Origin: Octopus bimaculoides
Taxonomy: Eukaryota
Assembly (NCBI RefSeq): GCF_001194135.2
Contig: NC_068981.1
Coordinates: 129,188,997 to 129,239,806 of the forward strand
DNA length: 50,810 bases
Direction of reading: 5' to 3'
The notes under the pieces were generated by a model. It saw nothing but the letters and a program-made list of their open reading frames with translations. It did no database searches and had not been told where the DNA came from. Below, piece by piece: positions 37,158-47,379 of this stretch. Numbering within the stretch: the stretch's first letter is position 1; each line of letters starts with the position of its first letter. The position numbers were made by a program, and so were the translations under genes.

Positions 37158-37944
37158 TAACTGATATTAATTACATGCATTAAGATATATAGTCTCAACA
37201 TGTGGGATTTGATGATCAAGAAGTAATGACCCAGTAATAAGAATTACAGTAGATAGGATTGATTTGAGTGAAGATTTGGCTGGGATAATTAGATGTGGGA
37301 CAGAATAGATCAAAGCAATGTCAATCTCAAAGGTATGATGCTTGATAGAGTTGCATGGAAATATAAGGTCATGCAGATCCCTTCAACTTTAAGCCAGCAT
37401 GAAAAAATGAACTTGTAACTGATGATGAGGATTATCAAGGTGATCTCAATTTACAAAGGTTTATTTTGAAAGTTGTAAAATTTTTGTGAGAATGTGTGGT
37501 AATTGCCTTTACTTTATCTTTTGTTTTAACAAGTTTAGCATTGTACCTGTCTTTAGATTTGTATCTGTTTATCTTCACTTGGGGGATAATTAAATATGTC
37601 TGAACCTGGAAATTTGTTTTTACTCTATGTAGAATCATGCCATATTCAATAATTATCCTGCTTAATAAGTTCATGGATTGTGATTATGATATACAATAAG
37701 TAAGAAAAATGTTAAAAAAGGACTGTTTATTACATGGTATAACCTTATACAGTTGTTGTTGTTAAATACTGTAGTTTAGCATGGTAGCAAACCATTGTCT
37801 GATGCAGATGAGTTTTATTGTAGATCAGTGGCTCATTCTTCTATAGTCAAATCACACCAGAGTTAATTTTGTCTTTCATTTTTCCAAGTTATAAAATAAT
37901 TAGCAATAATATACTAATATAATATAATTATATATATATTAATT

Positions 37945-38046
37945 AGATTGGAGCCTGGTGTTGCCATCCGGTTTCACCAGTCCTCAGTCAAATCGTCCAA
38001 CCCATGCTAGCATGGAAAGCGGACGTTAAACGATGATGATGATGAT
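37945..38046 (+). mobile_element. RTE-type 3' tail, short well-preserved fragment
   Basis: attggagcctgg...ccaacccatgctagcatggaaagcggacgttaaacgatgatgatgatg. Confidence 0.75.
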
Positions 38047-38601
38047 TAATGTAAAATAATTATCAATAAGTTACCCATTTGGTTAACATTATTTAATATT
38101 AATGTTCAGAAGTGACTAAAAAGGTTGGTGTCAAGGAGGGCATCTGAGTCCTATCTAACCCATGCTAGTATGGAAATGTGGACATAAAGATGAAGATAAT
38201 GAAACCCCTTCATTTTCCTTTCATCTCATTTACTAAGGTGCCAAAAAATGGCAGTAAGTTTTCAATGTGTTAAGCCTGGAATCCAGTAGAAGCCATTTCA
38301 CTTCACTTTCATTAACTACTACTCTTAAGATATGAAGAACACAATTGTTGTTTGTTTATTCTTTGAAACCAACATAAGTATTCATTAATTGATGCATTCT
38401 ACTAGCTGTGAATAACAAGAAAAATTTGAAGACATTAGGTGCTTGAGATAAATAAGTTTTAAGATGAATTAATATTATTAATTATTATATTAACAATCAT
38501 ATTTATTAATAATTTTAATAACCAACTTATACACTTGGACTTATAAAATTGTTTCTTGAACTAGTAGACTAATAATACAGTTCTATATTTAAGAGATGAG
38601 G

Positions 38602-38775
38602 AATTATTTACATTATTTACATTATCTACATTTGACGGATATTCGTCCTCATCTTGTTTGTTGTTAACACAACGTTTCGGCTGATATACCCTCCAGCCTT
38701 CGTCAGGTGTCTTGGGGAAATTTCAAACCTGGGTTCTCATTCCTATCGATGTTACTATTATTATTATTATTATTA
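38602..38775 (-). mobile_element. Penelope-like/retrozyme-type short element carrying a hammerhead motif
   Basis: Contains the hammerhead described below; bounded by an (attatttac) short tandem and (TAT)n. Confidence 0.55.
38666..38711 (-). ncRNA. Minimal type I hammerhead ribozyme motif
   Basis: Minus strand GACAC-CTGACGA-A-GGCTG-GAGGGTATAT-CAGCC-GAAACGT-T-GTGTT: stem I GACAC/GTGTT, core CUGANGA and GAAA, stem II GGCTG/CAGCC, palindromic ACGU in place of stem III. Confidence 0.7.
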
Positions 38776-38848
38776 TAATAAGGTTCCGAGTTCGATTCAC
38801 GGCAGCGACCTGATTAATAATAATAATAATAATAATAATATAATAATA

Positions 38849-38970
38849 NNNNNNNNNNNNNNNNNNNNNNNNNNNNNNNNNNNNNNNNNNNNNNNNNNNN
38901 NNNNNNNNNNNNNNNNNNNNNNNNNNNNNNNNNNNNNNNNNNNNNNNNNNNNNNNNNNNNNNNNNNNNNN
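38849..38970. other. Assembly gap
   Basis: Run of N after (AAT)n. Confidence 1.
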
Positions 38971-39789
38971 TGTATCTATCACTGAAAATGTTTACATACA
39001 ACAAAGGGCACTTAAACTACAAATATATGTGATCTATATACATACATAAGTGCATACATATATACTTCTACATATTACCTACATAGAAATGTATAGGCAT
39101 ATTTGTGTTCGTGTGTACAAATTGAGATCCAAACGAAGCACTGAGATTCCATCTCAACTGTACCTTTCTAAGAAAATTCATTATGGCATTTGTATCTCAC
39201 AAATGCTAATTGCACTACCATCCTCACCCAATATTTCTGTCCAGCTATAGCCAAGCATGCTTTATCCAATTTCATTCATTTATTTTACCATACTCATTTA
39301 TTCTTCCACTTTTCTTTCAAATACCATACCATTAACTGTGCATGCCCTATAATGCTTTCCTTCACTGATGTTACTGTATTTTGGTTCATTTTCACTTCTT
39401 GCTAACTCAAAGAAACCTGCTGTGATATACTGGTCTTTACCATGCCGATGGTTGTAGCAGTATTTACCATTATTTTCCTTTTTTTTTTTTTTTCTTACTG
39501 GTTAACCAGAGGGAAAGGCAACACTAATGAGCCTTTATTTTTTCAGGGCTTCTGAGAGTGGTGGGATGAAGGAAAGATGTTATCCTCAAACAAGAAACCT
39601 GGCCCAGGTGCTTGCAACAGAATGAATTCTACTAAAGGCACCCAAAGACCAGATGATGGTGTTAAACTAGGCAATGGATTAAACTCTACCACCCAACAAC
39701 TTAAAAGGCAAAGAACTGGAACAAATGAACAAATGCAGCAAAGCACCCTGTCTGATGCTTTAACAGTTCTGCCAATCCTCTGTCCTGGA

Positions 39790-39920
39790 CCGATATTTTC
39801 ATTCATCAACCCTGAAGGGATGAAAAGAAAAGTTGACCTCAGTGGGATTTGAATTTGCAGTGCAGAAAGCCAAAATAAATACCACAAGGCATTTTGTTCC
39901 AAGCTCTAACAATTCTGCCA
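39790..39920 (-). mobile_element. tRNA-derived SINE with Nin/Deu-like domain, partial
   Basis: Reverse complement of the 45312-45515 family. Confidence 0.6.
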
Positions 39921-39949
39921 ATACAGTAGCACTACTTTCTGTGGTGATG

Positions 39950-40200
39950 GTTACAAAAGTGTTTACTATGGTGGTAACCATGGTGCTGTTCATTATATGT
40001 TGATCACAGAGATGGTTGCAGTGGTGTTGACTATACGGATGATTGTGGTGATGGTTCTGTTGGTGTTGATAACTATGATTTTGATTGTAATGGTTATGGT
40101 GATATTTAGTATGGTAATAGTTGAGATGTTGTTGATGATAGCCCCAGCTGGGCTGCTTGAGCATATGATGCAGATGATCAAATTGTTTGTTGTTGTTATT
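39950..40200. repeat. Degenerate GGT/GAT/GTT trinucleotide low-complexity tract
   Basis: gtggtgatggtt...gatggttctgttggtgttgataac; produces the His/Asn/Gln- and Val/Met-rich spurious ORFs. Confidence 0.8.
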
Positions 40201-40412
40201 TAGTCTCAAGTCAACACTAATTGATCAGAATAATGATCAAAGGTATTCCAACCATGATCATCTGTCTATTTCTTTTTCAGACATCTAAGACTCCATTATC
40301 CGAAGATTCCTTTCTTTTTTAAGAATAGGAGGGAAATTTGACTGTTATTTCAAGTGAACAACCACATAGAAACTCTCTTATTGGTTTCATGAGATGTTTG
40401 GTCATGATGATG

Positions 40413-40451
<39 letters not shown>

Positions 40452-42849
40452 TGTTGAATTAAAATCCAACAAAAGAGGCCTACCACTATCTTCTCAACTG
40501 GACTGTTTTTAAAGAATTCATTATAGTATTTGTATTTCACAGAAGCTTCTCTTGTGATGATAGTTATAATGTTATTAGTATTGGAAATTGTGAATATAGC
40601 TGTAAAGTAACAATATCCATTTCTTTTTTATACATCTGTCATAAAAGTAGATTATCAGATATGTTGAGAGAAACTAACAAGCTCAGCATTTTAAATATGT
40701 CCAGTTTTGATTTTACTTTGAGACTATGCTGTAATGTAAATTGTGTAACATAGGTTGTGATGTAGAAATTGGAGCATGTTGCATTTGATGTTGTCTGACT
40801 TATTTGTGTATGGATGTAAGCTCTGGTGGTTAACAACAATATAGAAGAGGTAGGTAGATTTGATCAGTGTTCAACAGCCTCAATACCCAGGATTTATTAT
40901 TGGTTGTAATCCAGTAAAATATTGGAGCTTAAATGACTGACAGTCTTTTCTGTCTTCTGATTGCTTGCTTGATCTGGTGATCACTATATTTGACCTCTCA
41001 GAGATATCACTGATAGCCTATAATAGGTCTGAGGTTGAGGATAAGCAGTATCTTCAAGGCCCTATTTTGTTGCAGCAATCTACTTTTGACATCTTTGTCA
41101 ACAATAATTTTTGCAAATGCCTAATGTCTGGTTTCAAGCAATTGATACTACAGCTATTTATGTAAGTATGGGTAGGGAGATAACAGGATCTAATAAGTGC
41201 AGGAGATAGCAGAATCTAATATGGCTCTGTTAAAATGTTTCCTTTTTTATCACATAGTTCTGGGTTTACTCCCACAGTCCACTTTGGCATGATCTCTAAG
41301 ACTGGATTCCCTTCCTAAAATGGTTGGTATTAGGCAGGGCATCCAGCCATAGAGACCATGCCAAAGTAGATGTTGGAGCAAATGCAGTTCTTGGACACAT
41401 GAAACCCTATCAAACCATCCAACCCATGCCAGCATTGAACATGATGATGATGATGTGCAACATTATAAGTCAGTAAGTGTAGTCTATCATTTGATTTAAG
41501 TTGACCCAAGCTCTGAAACAAAATTGGGTAGACAAGTGTACAGAAGCCCATCAAGTAGACAATTTTTTGATGGTAGAGTTAATCTCCCATATAGTCCACT
41601 CTACAGCAAGCATTGGACCAGAGTTCCTCTCTTTTTCACAGTAGTCTTAGAGATACTGCAAAGGATGTTATATTCTTTGGTTAGGTCTTAAAAATTTTTT
41701 TAAAGATAGCGGTAGCATTTCAACATTATATTTTTGTTGAGTGCTGGAGTGATGATAAACATAATTAGTTAATTTGGGAAAGTTAAACATGTTACTGAAA
41801 AGTTTTTATGTTTGAGCTTACTTCTATCACATGTCATGCATGTCCACATAGCATTTTAGTGTTATTACTTTTGCTTGATGTAGGTGGTTAATAGGTGCAA
41901 ATATGTAAGTTCAGCCTTTTATGATGCAAAGATTACTGTTTTGTATGGTATGTAATTTATTGTTTAATGGTAGAAAGTTTTAAAGGTTCAAGCAGGGCTA
42001 GCACAGTCCATAATGGATTTAATGTTAGGCTATAGATTAGATAGTGTAACTGTTTATATATTTTGCTTGAATTTTGCATCAGGAAATGCCTGCTTTTTGT
42101 GTTGAATCTGTATGTGTGTTATGTATGCTTGATTGTATGTGTGCTTAAGGCATGGGTTTTCTTTTCCTCTTGCAGTTTTCTTTCCACTTAGAAAACTATA
42201 TAATAATCAAGTGACAGGTAGGTTATACTGGCCTTGTTAATCTAAAAGCTAGTGGAAAATGTGACAGAATGGCTTTTAATCATGTTTTGTCTGAGTGACT
42301 TGGAAGTGACATAAAAATACAAAAATAAAATTGAACTGATTGAGTTTTATCAGAAACTCATAACTACAAGTTTATTAAATTATTTTTCTTCTTCTTGTTC
42401 CATGACCAATCTGTTCTTTGCAAATTGTAACATCTTCAAACCAGTATAAATGATCTCCAGGCTCTCATCTGTCTTCCTGTGTTCAGATTACTTTCTACTC
42501 TCTTACAATATCTCTTCACCTAGTGACTACTATCCATTCTTGTCAACTGAGTGGCACATCATTTCTAACTCTATAAACTTTCTACACATTTTGGTCAACT
42601 AGCTTCAAATCAGAACACTAATACCATCCTAGTTTATGATGCAGAATACTTTTAAAGTATTAATTAGCACATTTCTAACCTATTTGTCATTGCATAGGGG
42701 ATAGGTTTTTTTTTTTTTTTTCCTTAATGTTCTTTTCATCAAATGTTGCTGGAAATATTTGCTTACTTTTTTGCTAGGAGGTATTTTACTTCATGAAGAT
42801 AAACTGGATTTAATGAATATTTTCCTTTTTTTTTTTTATCTTTATCAAG

Positions 42850-42968
42850 GAAAAGAAGAAGAAGAATTGCAGGTGTTGACCAAATTGAAAGAAACTATCG
42901 ATAAGCAGAGAAATCAGATACGTGCCATAAAAAAAGAACTCACCCAAAAACAAGTGGATTCAGATGCA
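42850..42968 (+). CDS. RILPL1: RILP-like protein, internal coding exon B, phase 1 to phase 0
   Basis: Long poly-T tract then tttatcaag|GA at 42849/42850; donor GCA|gtaagt at 42968/42969; 119 nt. (R)KEEEELQVLTKLKETIDKQRNQIRAIKKELTQKQVDSDA aligns without gaps to recalled human GMSERERQVMKKLKEVVDKQRDEIRAKDRELGLKNEDVEA. Confidence 0.9.
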
Positions 42969-43079
42969 GTAAGTTCACATTTCTTTTCCAAACTTCTTAA
43001 TTGTAACCCTCACCCCATTCACACCTGCCAAATAATTGTTATATGTAGCTTTTATCTTCTGCCCTTTACCTGTTTCAGT

Positions 43080-43268
43080 CATTAGACTGTGGCTATGCTG
43101 GGACATCGCCTTGAAGAATTTTTAGTTGAATGAATCAACCCCAGCACTTATTATTTTTTTAAGCCTGGTACTTATTTTATTGGTTTCTTTTGCCAACTGC
43201 TAAGTTACGGGCACATAAATACACCATAACTGGTTGTCAAGCAATGGTGTGACACACACACACGCGTG

Positions 43269-43300
<32 letters not shown>

Positions 43301-43471
43301 CACACAGATATACGACAGGCTTATTTCAGTTTCTGTCTACCAGATCCACTCACAAGGCTTTGGTCAGCCTGAGGCTACAGTAGAAGACACCTAACCAAGG
43401 TGTCACACGGTGGGACTGAACTTGGAACCATATGGTTGGGAAACATGCTTCTTATCACACACCCATGCCTG
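43080..43471 (-). mobile_element. Full-length tRNA-derived SINE
   Basis: Reverse complement of the 3858-4242 family with internal (CA)n. Confidence 0.8.
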
Positions 43472-43485
43472 TGTTAAAATTTGTT

Positions 43486-43805
43486 GGATAATAATTTTGT
43501 GAGCTAGTCTTTAGACCTAGGATAATGATAGGAAGTTCATAACCCGAATTACTATCACCAAAAATAATCCTGATTTTCTTTTGTTGATTCAAAATATTAA
43601 ATACTGCTAAGCTTGGAGAGACATTTTAGTATATAAACAAAGTGAGAAGTTCATCAAGTTGACATGTTTGGGTTATTTTTATGTCTTACAATATAAATGG
43701 TTGCTGTTTGGTGATAAGCATGTCATTTCAGGATGTGGATCCATATCAGCAGTGGAGGAAACAGGTCATTGATAACACTTGATATATAATTTCTAATAGT
43801 TGAAG
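43486..43805. repeat. Left arm of 320-bp inverted duplication
   Basis: Reverse complement of 44835-45154; 11 mismatches, no indels. Confidence 0.95.
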
Positions 43806-44075
43806 CTTCAGGAAATAATTGTGTAGGTTGGCCACTTTCAAACTAGCCAGATAATTAGGAATAATAGTTGGAAGATTAGGTACTGGATTAATGATTGTAA
43901 AGTCCAAAGTTCAAGTATTTCTCTAGCCATTGTGTTTAGCCATCTAGTTTACTATATGACTTGTCATCTAATTTACTAATTTCACCTTTTTTTTTTTAAG
44001 TAATTTTATGTAAATAGTCAAAGTTACAGATAAATGACAATTTAAGCATTAATAAATTGAAATAAAAGGATTTAG

Positions 44076-44296
44076 ACCTTCAGCATTTAAACCAACCATA
44101 TCCAGCCAAAATATTCTACCTGTTTTATGTTCAAACTGCTCAGAGCTGGCCTCTCTCTCCTATCCTATTGTGTCGTTTATAAAAATATATGAGCACATCA
44201 CTGGAATCTCAGAGCTAAGGGATAATCCAGGATTAATTCAAAATAATGTGAATAAATAAGCAATACATTTGACAGGGTAATCTGAATGCTAAAGGG
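44076..44296. mobile_element. piggyBac-like MITE
   Basis: ttag|accttcagcattt ... aatgctaaaggg|TTAA; termini resemble the CCCTTTAGCATT inverted repeat. Confidence 0.6.
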
Positions 44297-44337
44297 TTAA
44301 ACTCTCTCCTCTTTTATATGTGTAGATGTGGAATAGG

Positions 44338-44760
44338 TGCAGTCATGGCTGTGTGGTTAAGAAGCTTGCTTCCCAATCATGTAGCCTCAGGTTCAATCCC
44401 ACTGTGCAGCACTTTTGCAAGTATCTTCTATTATAGCCCCATGCCAACCAAAGCTTTAAAAGTAGATTTGGTGAAACTATTGTGTGTGTGTGTGTGTGTG
44501 TGTTTGTGTGTGTACCTTTGTTTAGACATCATGTAGTGGTTGTAAATGAGCATCATCATCATGCAAAGCTGTTCATTTCCAGTTTTCCATGAAAAACATG
44601 TCTGACTATGGGAGAGTGTTACATTGGTTAGAAACAGGTGAAGGTTGGTAATAGGAGGGGTATCCAGCTGTAGAAAATCTGCCTCAAGAAATTCCGTCTG
44701 ATCCATGCAAGCATAGAAAAGTGAATATTCAATGATGATGATGACGATGATGACAACGAC
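44338..44760 (+). mobile_element. tRNA-derived SINE with RTE-type tail
   Basis: Head gtcatggctgtgtggttaagaagcttgc, internal (TG)n, tail gtatccagctgtagaaa...ccatgcaagcatagaaaagtg...(GAT)n. Confidence 0.8.
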
Positions 44761-44762
44761 AA

Positions 44763-45222
44763 CCTCTATTGAATTATTCAAATAATACATAATCCTAGGT
44801 CACCAGCAAACTCATTAAGTATTGTACTGCAATACTTCAGCCATTAGAAATTATATATCAAGTGCTATCAATGATCTGTTTCCTCCACTGCTGATATGGA
44901 TTCACATCCTGAAATGACATGCTTATCACCAAACAGCAACCATTTATATTGTAAGACACAAAAATAACCCAAACATGTCAACTTGATGAACTTCACACTT
45001 TGTTTATATACTAAAATGTCTCTCCAAGTTCAGCAGTATTTAATATTTTGAATCAACAAAAGAAAATCAGGAATATTTTTGGTGATAGTAATTCGGGTTA
45101 TGAACTTCCTATCATTATCCTAGGTCTAAAGACCAGCTCACAAAATTATTATCCTCTATTGAATTATTCAAATAATACATAATCCTAGGTCACCAGCAAA
45201 CTCATTAAGTATTGTGCTGCAA
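44763..45222. repeat. 70-bp direct repeats (44763-44832, 45153-45222) bracketing the right inverted arm (44835-45154)
   Basis: cctctattgaattattcaaataatacataatcctaggtcaccagcaaactcattaagtattgt(a/g)ctgcaa occurs twice, 390 bp apart, with one mismatch. Confidence 0.95.
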
Positions 45223-45311
45223 ATATTATAACTCACAAGTATAGCATACCATACATAGTTTAAATAAATCTTCTGTTTTATCTTCATTGCCTTTTCCAAA
45301 TTTCAAACCAG

Positions 45312-45515
45312 AAAGGCAGTGAGCTAGTGGAAACTTTAGCATGCTGGGCAAAATGCTTAGCAGTATTTCGTTTGTCTTTATTTTCTGAGTTCAAATTCCA
45401 CCATGGTCGACTTTGCCTTTCATCCTTTCAGGGCTCGATAAATTAAGTATCAGCTGCGTATGGGGGTCGATGTAATCAACTGGCCCCCTCCCCCAAAATT
45501 TTGGGCCTTGTGCAT
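45312..45515 (+). mobile_element. tRNA-derived SINE with Nin/Deu-like central domain
   Basis: ggcagtgagctagtggaaac head, B box gagttcaaattcc, then gactttgcctttcatcctttcagggctcgataaattaagtatcag, resembling the recalled Nin/Deu core. Confidence 0.7.
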
Positions 45516-46507
45516 AGAGTAGAAAAAAAACAAAAAGTTTCAAACCAGAAAAACATTTCAGAAATTCATATGAAACAGTTTTAAACACATTAAAACTAAA
45601 CAATCTCATTATACTGTATTGTTCCTCAATATTTTATATTACTTTACAACTTCAAGTTGAAACAAGCTCTTATTTTACTTTGCAGCTTCAAGTTGAAACA
45701 AGATCTATACTTGATGATGCATAAATAATACATAATCCTTAAGGAAGATTATCCCTGTTGTCACCACTACTATTATCACCATCATAACATCACAACTCAA
45801 AATCATTTCTTTTTTGTGTGTGTAGTCTTTATTTTACTTTTGTGCATTATACTTAAGTGATGGTGGTTGTGGTTGGGGAGCTAACATACTTAATGTAGTG
45901 AGCCAAAAAAATGTTTAACATGAAAAATACAACTCAGAGTCTGGAGATGCTTTAGGCACAGTCCCTTCTTTCTGGTCATCCCATAAGAAAACATAATCCC
46001 AAAGTTACTAGAAATGCTAAGCCTTACAATCTAATGAATATACAAAATATGTATAACATTGCCAAAATTGCATTACAAAGACTAGTGTATTTCTAAAGAT
46101 GTTCAGAAGAGAAGGGGCTGTAACTATAACTGTTTAATAGTTTCCTTAAACTGAGTTGATAGTGCAGTAAGTTATATTGGTAATGATAAATTGGAAGTAC
46201 AAACCCTTATGTGCTAGTAGTTATAGAAAGTATGTATCAGGAGGGAGTTTCAAAGGTGCAGCTCTAGGAAGAAAAATTGAACAAAACAGTTAAGAGTGGT
46301 AGAACAATGAGGATCTGGAGGATATGATCACCAAAGTGAATGTGGAGTTTGGAGAAATTGGGGCATTGTGTTTTGTGAAAGTGGATAGAGCGAAGACATT
46401 TGCTGGCTGTAGATCAGTTATTTAAAGATATTTCAGAATGAAATTATGAGAGAGATTCATTAAATAAGGTTTAAAGTTTTTATATTTTGTTTCATTATTT
46501 TCTTCAG

Positions 46508-46729
46508 CTTCAATCACAGTTAGAAAGAGTTGTGAAAATAAATACTGATTTACGTAGGAAGAATTCTTCTCAAAGGAAGCAGACACAGACTCTGTTAGAA
46601 GAGAGGCTAGAACTACAGTCTCACATTCAGGATAAAGAAAAACAAATCCAGACCATTAAAGGACTCCTAAAGGAACAAGAATGTGAATCTTCAGATACAC
46701 CAAGTGATGGTTCAGATGAAGGTTCTTTA
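46508..46729 (+). CDS. RILPL1: RILP-like protein, internal coding exon C, phase 0 to phase 0
   Basis: Acceptor attttcttcag|CTT and donor TTA|gtaagt; 222 nt. LQSQLERVVKINTDLRRK...LLEERLELQSHIQDKEKQI resembles recalled human LQQQQTRLMKINHDLRHR...LIEQKVELEADLQTKEQEM. Confidence 0.9.
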
Positions 46730-46939
46730 GTAAGTTGAACATAATTTTTTTTAATTACATTTCAAGAAAATCATATTTTGAATTTGTTTGATCAAATGAG
46801 ACTTCTTACAGCAAGACTTGAAAATAATAGTAGCTTGTAATTCCAGTAATATTACTATATCACTGCATTAACCAGACAATCAGATGTTGTTATACACTGC
46901 TGGTCACCATACACTTCCTTACATTGTTGTATCTTTCGA

Positions 46940-47152
46940 ATGATGACCTCCCATTGGTCAGGTGGATAGGCCAACATTCCTCCTGAGCAGAATGCCAATC
47001 TGTTGCAGGGTTACCCATTTACAGCTGAGTGGATTGGTGCAACTTCGAATGAACTACTTTGCTCAAGAATACAATGCACTGCTGATCTGGGAATCAAAAC
47101 CATTATGTTGTGATTGTAAATGTAACCCTCTAACCACTTGGCTATATGCCTT
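46940..47152 (-). mobile_element. tRNA-derived SINE with Meta-like and V-like segments
   Basis: Minus strand: A box tagccaagtgg, B box ggttttgattccc, then ccactcagctgtaaatgggtaaccctgcaacagattggcattctgctcaggagg. Confidence 0.6.
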
Positions 47153-47379
47153 CACAATTCCACAAAAAGGTCTAACAAAATCCTCAACATTTCTACAGTG
47201 TTCCCACTGATTATTTATGCATTAGTTTTTTTTTTGAAAGTAGGCATTAAAGTAAACCCCTCCTACGTCCATGCTCACTAACATCTTGTGAGATATAATC
47301 AGAAAATATTCATTGCAGCATTTGCGACATTTCCCTCCTTGTAGCTACTGTTTGTCCTGGTTACTTGTTTTAGACCTTA

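Noticed and set aside
39547-39852. Strong acceptor (actaat...tttttcag) next to a 91-aa ORF
   Set aside because: All three frames from the acceptor hit stops within 3-27 codons, and the ORF runs into a SINE.
39799-40209. His/Asn/Gln-rich 136-aa ORF
   Set aside because: Product of a degenerate trinucleotide tract.
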